DNA of 20,159 nucleotides from a bacterium (GTDB lineage Bacteria > Babelota > Babeliae > Babelales > JABCYS01). Positions 16,222 through 20,159 of the stretch are shown here, one piece after another; position 1 is the first letter of the stretch, and each line of letters opens with the position of its first letter. The DNA lies in assembly GCA_027452085.1 (NCBI GenBank), contig DAIDHG010000009.1, forward strand, positions 1-20,159, in the 5' to 3' direction. The notes beneath the pieces were generated by a model, which made no database searches, was not told the DNA's origin, and saw only the letters and a program-made list of their open reading frames with translations. The position numbers were made by a program, and so were the translations under genes.

Positions 16222-17365
16222 CAGGACTTACGCATAAAAACCCTTAAAGATTCGTGCTGGTCGAATGAATCTTAGTGCCCAGCTGGGGTCCCTTTTCCCC
16301 TTTCGACGAGCCAAAACAGCCTCAGGATTCTTGAGCTTTTTTTCACGACATTCAAAAATCAATAAGGTGTATGCCAAAAACACGTTCATAAGATGGTTGC
16401 TTTGTGTCTGACGACTTCTGCTCTGACAATCCTTTAACCCCAAGTGTTGTTTGGCTGTTCGAAAAAATTTTTCAATGTTCCAGCGATATCCATACACCTG
16501 CACATGTTTACGAGGTTCTGCTTCGTAATTGCTTACCTGGTACACAACTTGGTTTTCACCATTTCGATTTTCTCGCTTGACGGCAGTAAAATATAATCCA
16601 GAAATACTTCTCCAAGAGCCGCCAACGGTTCTGTATTGTTTTTTTCCATTCATGAGTCCAGCAAAAAACAGGTCGATTCTCAGTGTTTTATCGCCAACTG
16701 TTATTACTCGGTTCGAATGAATACGCATTTCAAATTTTATGCTTCTTTCATTAAGCCACTGAATCAAATCAACTGAAGCATAAAGGCCATCGAGAATAAC
16801 AATTTTTATCGGCATCTCGCGTATAACAGCTAGGATAAGTAGCTTGGCCAAATCAGTTTTTTTGCGATATTCCCCTTCTTCAAGCAGTTCTTTATTCACC
16901 CACAGCAGGTGGTCAACTGGAATCGCCCATTTGCCATCCGTAACCATTGCTACAACTGCGCATAAAGATCGGTAAACCATGTTGCCTGAAGAGTCGTAGT
17001 TATCACTGGTTCCAGCAATGAGTCGAGAATACATTTTTTCGATTAGGGTATCATCGATAATAAGGTAAGCACTTTTAGAGTTTAAGAACTCCGCGGCTAG
17101 CTCAAAAAGCTCTCCGGATGTGGCTGGCGCCGCATTTAGCGTGCGTAACATGCGGTCACCACTGAGACCTAAAAACCGCCCAAGCGACTCGCAATTTTTT
17201 CTAAAGGTGGACGAAACTAAACCGCAAACGTATGCTAATCGTGGTTCGATTTTTTCGAACATGGGGCTCTCCTTTTTATGCCATTGTAATAACAGCTAGA
17301 AAGTAGAGCTCCTTGCTTTAAAATGCAAGCCTAGACGGATCTTTCATTCATTTGCGGAAGTCCTG
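16222..17365 (-). mobile_element. IS701-family-like insertion sequence, about 1144 bp
   Basis: Terminal inverted repeats CAGGACTTACGCA (16222-16234) and, on the minus strand, CAGGACTTCCGCA (17365-17353), 12/13 identical, enclosing one transposase. Confidence 0.85.
16228..17262 (-). CDS. DDE transposase (IS701-like)
   Basis: LIIDDT, ILDGLY, RWNIEKFFRTAKQHLGL; AAGGAG RBS; the stop codon lies within the IR. Confidence 0.9.
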   Translation of the reverse strand: MFEKIEPRLAYVCGLVSSTFRKNCESLGRFLGLSGDRMLRTLNAAPATSGELFELAAEFLNSKSAYLIIDDTLIEKMYSRLIAGTSDNYDSSGNMVYRSLCAVVAMVTDGKWAIPVDHLLWVNKELLEEGEYRKKTDLAKLLILAVIREMPIKIVILDGLYASVDLIQWLNERSIKFEMRIHSNRVITVGDKTLRIDLFFAGLMNGKKQYRTVGGSWRSISGLYFTAVKRENRNGENQVVYQVSNYEAEPRKHVQVYGYRWNIEKFFRTAKQHLGLKDCQSRSRQTQSNHLMNVFLAYTLLIFECREKKLKNPEAVLARRKGKRDPSWALRFIRPARIFKGFYA

Positions 17366-17626
17366 TATGATACTTAACTCTGATCTCGGCTGCGCGGGTC
17401 GCTAGTTCAATGGATAGAGGAATGAATCTATGCCTGCTTTAAATAAGACATGCTCAAATTGACGAAAATTATGCGGGGCTCGTGTATAGAATTTAATGAG
17501 CACCTCGGTAGCATTTACCGTGCACATTGCTAATGTATATGCCGCATTGAGTTGTTCAATTGCCCAATTGATATGCTTTTCCTCAAATGCAATGGCAATG
17601 ATTGGGGAGGCGTCGACAATCAACAT
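17366..17626 (-). pseudogene. vapC: VapC/PIN-domain toxin, frameshifted and truncated at the IS end
   Basis: MLIVDASPIIA and VNATEV PIN motifs. After GID (~17427) another frame reads FIPLSIELATRAAEIRVKYH up to the IS boundary; the C-terminal catalytic Asp region is absent. Confidence 0.8.
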
Positions 17627-17650
17627 TACTGACCGTTCTTATCTTGAATA

Positions 17651-17815
17651 CTAATCGCCCCAAACAATATCTTTTTCAGGTTTTGTAACTGGTTTTGCTT
17701 TGCCACCCCTTAGTCCAACACCGGCCATTTCGCGCCAATCGAATTTTTTAGTTGCTTTCTTTTGAGGCGCTGCTTTCTTTACGCGTCGTGCCGCAGTTTT
17801 TTTTATCGTTTTCAT
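17651..17815 (-). CDS. Putative antitoxin, 54 aa, Lys/Ala-rich (MKTIKKTAARRVKKAAPQKKATKKFDWREMAGVGLRGGKAKPVTKPEKDIVWGD)
   Basis: Translated by hand; ends 24 bp upstream of vapC on the same strand, the canonical antitoxin position. Confidence 0.6.
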   Translation of the reverse strand: MKTIKKTAARRVKKAAPQKKATKKFDWREMAGVGLRGGKAKPVTKPEKDIVWGD

Positions 17816-17857
17816 GGCTTTTCTTTATGATTTGTTGACCTGGTAAGTCTAGCGTGT

Positions 17858-19339
17858 TTATTCGATAGTGCGAGACAGGTGCTCAATACATTGTTTAATG
17901 CGCTTGAGGCTTTCTTGTGTGCCGATCGCATTGAATAGTTCAAATACGCCAGGAGCAGCCGTTTTGCCCGTTAAGGCTATACGAATTGGCTGCGCGAGGT
18001 TGGGAAATTTTGTGTTCATCGAGGCCACGAGCTTTTTGCCGAGCGTGGTTAATTCAACTACCGGCCATTGGCGGGGCTCTGATTCTACACGTGCCACAAA
18101 TTGTTCAAGAAGAGCAATCGTCTCAGGTGTTTGAAACGGTTGAAGTTCTGCCGGGCTTGGTGTGCCTGGTTCATTTAGGTTTACTATCTCATCGCGAATT
18201 TCTTTGAGCGTATGGCATCGTTTTTTATAGAGGCCGATAAGTTCAATGAGTTGCGGTTCTTTAAAAAGAGGAGCCTTTTGTAATAGGTCGGAATCAACAT
18301 ACTTTATTAATTCGGCATACAAAGCCGCATTGTCTGCGGCATGCATATATTGGCTATTTACCCAATTCAATTTTACCAGATCAAAGATTGCGCCTTTTTT
18401 ATTCACATCACTGAGCGCAAAAAGACTGATGAGCTCTTGGCGGGTAAATAGTTCCTGATCGCCATGCGACCAACCAAGCCGAACCAAATAGTTAAACAAA
18501 GCTTCGGGGAGATATCCTTCTTTTTGGTAATCAATCACTGCCACGGCATTATCACGCTTGCTTAATTTCTTGCCTGATGGGCCCAATATTAATGGAATAT
18601 GCGCAAAGCGCGGCATGGCAAAGCCAAGCGCTTGGTACAGAAGGATCTGTTTTGGGGTGTTTGAAATATGTTCTTCGCCGCGAATGATATGGCTAATGTT
18701 CATATATGCATCATCAGCGACCACCACAAAATTATACATTGGTGTGCCATCAGAGCGTGCAATAATAAAATCATCAAGTTGATCCGCATCAACCGTGATC
18801 GTGCCATGCACCAAATCATCCCATGAAATGGGGCCTGAGCTAAACGGCAATTTGAAGCGAATTGCATACCCTTCAATACATTCATCACCGCCTTCCGGCT
18901 TTGACGAACAGTCAGGGCCAGCAAGTTCTTTTTTTCTTCCCATGTTTTCTGGTCTGCAGGTGCCTGGATATTTGAGCACCGAGCCGGTCTCAATCTCCTG
19001 CTCCTTGGCAGACTCGAGCTCCTGCACCGAGCAATAGCATTTATATGCTTTGCCTTCATCAATTAATTTTTGCATTAAACGCTTGTGCTCATCAAGGCGT
19101 TCGCTTTGGATGACCGGTGGTTCATCACTTGCCAATCCCAGCCACTCAAGGGCAGCCAAAATGCTCTGCAGATACTCGGGCTTTGATCGTTCACGATCGG
19201 TATCTTCAATGCGCAGCAAAAAAGCACCATTCAGGTGGCGCGCAAAGAGCCAGTTAAAGATTGCTGCGCGTGCACCACCGACATGTAGATGCCCAGTGGG
19301 TGATGGTGCAAAACGAACTCGTGGTGTTTGATTACTCAT
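17858..19339 (-). CDS. gltX: Glutamate--tRNA ligase
   Basis: RFAPSPTGHLHVGG, RIEDTD, IIRGEEH, KLSKR, LGWS, PIRIALTG. ATG 19339 preferred to TTG 19351. Confidence 0.97.
   Translation of the reverse strand: MSNQTPRVRFAPSPTGHLHVGGARAAIFNWLFARHLNGAFLLRIEDTDRERSKPEYLQSILAALEWLGLASDEPPVIQSERLDEHKRLMQKLIDEGKAYKCYCSVQELESAKEQEIETGSVLKYPGTCRPENMGRKKELAGPDCSSKPEGGDECIEGYAIRFKLPFSSGPISWDDLVHGTITVDADQLDDFIIARSDGTPMYNFVVVADDAYMNISHIIRGEEHISNTPKQILLYQALGFAMPRFAHIPLILGPSGKKLSKRDNAVAVIDYQKEGYLPEALFNYLVRLGWSHGDQELFTRQELISLFALSDVNKKGAIFDLVKLNWVNSQYMHAADNAALYAELIKYVDSDLLQKAPLFKEPQLIELIGLYKKRCHTLKEIRDEIVNLNEPGTPSPAELQPFQTPETIALLEQFVARVESEPRQWPVVELTTLGKKLVASMNTKFPNLAQPIRIALTGKTAAPGVFELFNAIGTQESLKRIKQCIEHLSRTIE
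18869..18922 (-). repeat. Palindromic REP/RPE-like element read in frame within gltX
   Basis: Minus strand GCTGGCCCTGACTG-TTCGTCA-AA-GCC-GGAA-GGC-GG-TGATGAA-TGTATTGAAGGG forms a nested hairpin; it encodes extra residues AGPDCSSKPEGGDECIEG. Confidence 0.55.
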
Positions 19340-19354
19340 AGGTGTAGGCAATAG

Positions 19355-20044
19355 TTATGTGGTCATTCGCTGTTGCACTAGACCAAGCCACGGTGATGGA
19401 ATTGGTCGGGCGCCGCGTTGGCCAATGTCACGAATAGTGCGCCATGCCTGTGAGGCTTTTTCATTTTCGCCATGCTGTGCGTAGTATTCTCCTAAGCAAT
19501 AGAGAGCGAAATCTTGCACATCGTTATTGGCGTTGTTGGCAAGCTTGGTCAATTCATCAAGCCCTTCTTGGATCATGTCTGGTTGATCGAGCTTTATTAA
19601 GGCAAGCTTGGTAGCATATAAGCCAAACAACGGATTATCAGTTGGGTTAGCTGGTGCTAAGGCAAGCATTTTCTTCAATAATTCAATTGCTTCTTTTGTG
19701 TTGCCTCTCTTTAATGCCACATCAGCCTGCATGCCAAGAAAGAATGGTGCTAAGCGCGTATTAGAAAACTGTTTGTACCCACTTTTGAACGCCGCCTCCG
19801 CTTCTTCAAGGATCATATCTTTTTTAGCCTGATCCTTCTCGTCTGTATTCATGGCATTTTCATAAATGCCATAACTTTCTGCAAAGAGTTGATTTGCCTC
19901 TGCTTCACGATTATTGGCGTAGGCGTCATAGGCATAATAGCCGCCGATCAAAACGGCGCCTGCAGCAACGGCAATTGCTCCTACACGCATATAACGGAAT
20001 GAAAGAATGTTATCCCAGAGAGAGCCAGAAGATAGATGTTCCAT
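19355..20044 (-). CDS. Membrane-anchored TPR protein, YfgM-like
   Basis: N-terminal TM AIAVAAGAVLIGGYYAY followed by TPR-like helices (ALYCLGEYY...EKASQAW). Confidence 0.75.
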   Translation of the reverse strand: MEHLSSGSLWDNILSFRYMRVGAIAVAAGAVLIGGYYAYDAYANNREAEANQLFAESYGIYENAMNTDEKDQAKKDMILEEAEAAFKSGYKQFSNTRLAPFFLGMQADVALKRGNTKEAIELLKKMLALAPANPTDNPLFGLYATKLALIKLDQPDMIQEGLDELTKLANNANNDVQDFALYCLGEYYAQHGENEKASQAWRTIRDIGQRGARPIPSPWLGLVQQRMTT

Positions 20045-20101
20045 GTGATCCTTTATTTGGACAAATATTTTAGTGTGGGCGTTACGTTACCAAAGAAACT
20101 A

Positions 20102-20137
20102 AAAACCCTCAATACTTCATGAAGTATCGAGGGTTTT
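20102..20137 (-). terminator. Long hairpin, probable minus-strand terminator of an upstream gene
   Basis: AAAACCCTCAATACTTC-AT-GAAGTATCGAGGGTTTT. The single mismatch becomes a G-U pair on the minus strand, which continues U-rich. Confidence 0.65.
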
Positions 20138-20159
20138 CTTGTACACGGAAATTTGTGTG

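Overview
A bacterial chromosomal window of moderate GC. The gene set and the many signal-peptide orphan genes suggest Candidatus Dependentiae/Babelota (TM6), intracellular parasites of protists; this taxonomy is inference only. Housekeeping genes are pgk, a LolC/E-type permease, rpiB, pepA, gltX and a YfgM-like TPR protein. Unusual elements: (i) a signal-peptide FtsH-like AAA ATPase with a dead M41 protease motif, divergent from a membrane-anchored or exported thioredoxin reductase-thioredoxin fusion; (ii) an alpha/beta hydrolase followed by four small secreted Tyr/Gly/His/Arg/Cys-rich proteins that look like a coat or adhesive system; (iii) three 33-bp-period repeats just upstream of an AAA_14-DUF4143 ATPase/nuclease; (iv) an intact IS701-like element abutting a frameshifted, truncated vapC with an unlisted histone-H1-like partner ORF; (v) a palindromic repeat-like insert read in frame inside gltX. 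No rRNA, tRNA or CRISPR array was seen.
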